Positions 15,379 through 15,894 of a stretch of DNA of 15,894 nt are shown in pieces. This stretch comes from Elusimicrobiota bacterium. Lineage in GTDB: Bacteria > Elusimicrobiota > Elusimicrobia > Elusimicrobiales > UBA9959. The notes beneath the pieces are model-generated. The model saw only the letters and a program-made list of their open reading frames with translations. It was not told the origin of the DNA and made no database searches. The DNA lies in contig JBAXKK010000063.1 in assembly GCA_037137395.1 (NCBI GenBank), positions 1 through 15,894 on the forward strand. The letters run 5' to 3'. The first letter of the stretch is position 1; every line of letters starts with the position of its first letter. A program made the position numbers and the translations under genes.

Positions 15379-15849
15379 TTATTTGTAATCCACCTTCAGT
15401 ATGTTGAGGATTTTTTCCCCGCCTGGAAGCTTGATGCGGACTTTTTCCCCCGCTTTAGCCCCCAGAAGGCCCTGTGCGAGCGGCGAACTGACTGAGATTA
15501 TCCCCCGGCCCGGATTGGCTTCGTCAGCGCTGCCCAAGGTATAGACCATTTGGTTCTTGGAGGTCTCATCCACCATGGTGACGGTGGCGCCCAGGCGTAT
15601 CTGGTCTTTATTGATCGCCAGGTCGTCGACTAGTTTGGCGTGCTGCAGCTTTACCTGCAAATCGTGTATGCGGCCAAAGAGCATGCTCTGTTTTTCTTTG
15701 GCGGCATGGTAGCCGGCGTTCTCTTTTAAGTCGCCCTGAGAGCGCGTCTCATCCACCTCGCGCGCGATCTCCATTTTTTCATCAGTGAGCTTCGCCAGCT
15801 CCTCTTTTAACTTCTCATAGCCGTCTTTGGTTAAATAAACGTCGGACAT
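15379..15849 (-). CDS. greA: Transcription elongation factor GreA
   Basis: LTKDGYEKLKEEL, GDLKENAGYHAAKE (catalytic D/E) and ISVSSPLAQGLLG. Confidence 0.96.
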   Translation of the reverse strand: MSDVYLTKDGYEKLKEELAKLTDEKMEIAREVDETRSQGDLKENAGYHAAKEKQSMLFGRIHDLQVKLQHAKLVDDLAINKDQIRLGATVTMVDETSKNQMVYTLGSADEANPGRGIISVSSPLAQGLLGAKAGEKVRIKLPGGEKILNILKVDYK

Positions 15850-15894
15850 CTTTCCCCCCCACCCGTTGTTATGCTTTTAAAGCTTGAGCCCCTC

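Overview
Bacterial chromosomal window; gene content and protein style suggest Elusimicrobiota, which is an inference. The plus strand carries the 3' part of a DUF1116 (YlbE/YahG, AllG-like) gene, then the housekeeping operon rimP-nusA-infB-rbfA-DHH phosphoesterase-truB-ribF with a clear sigma70 promoter and a rimP-leader terminator hairpin. The minus strand carries, in transcription order: greA, a stand-alone PilB/GspE ATPase, a C-terminally shortened aspartate kinase, a two-gene unit for secreted proteins (609-aa protein with a zincin-like HEGGGH motif, and a 200-aa PsbP/DcrB-like protein), and a probably leaderless 76-aa membrane protein coupled to a dihydropyrimidinase-family enzyme. The most unusual signal is non-coding. 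Four intergenic regions (773-927, 7426-7491, 8379-8541, 13805-13963) each hold two inverted arms of degenerate 7- or 8-bp tandem units around a short spacer, built from different unit families. Two of them share a ~66-bp core (58/66 identical by hand alignment) in opposite orientation, so they behave as a dispersed REP/MITE-like element with no transposase in the window.
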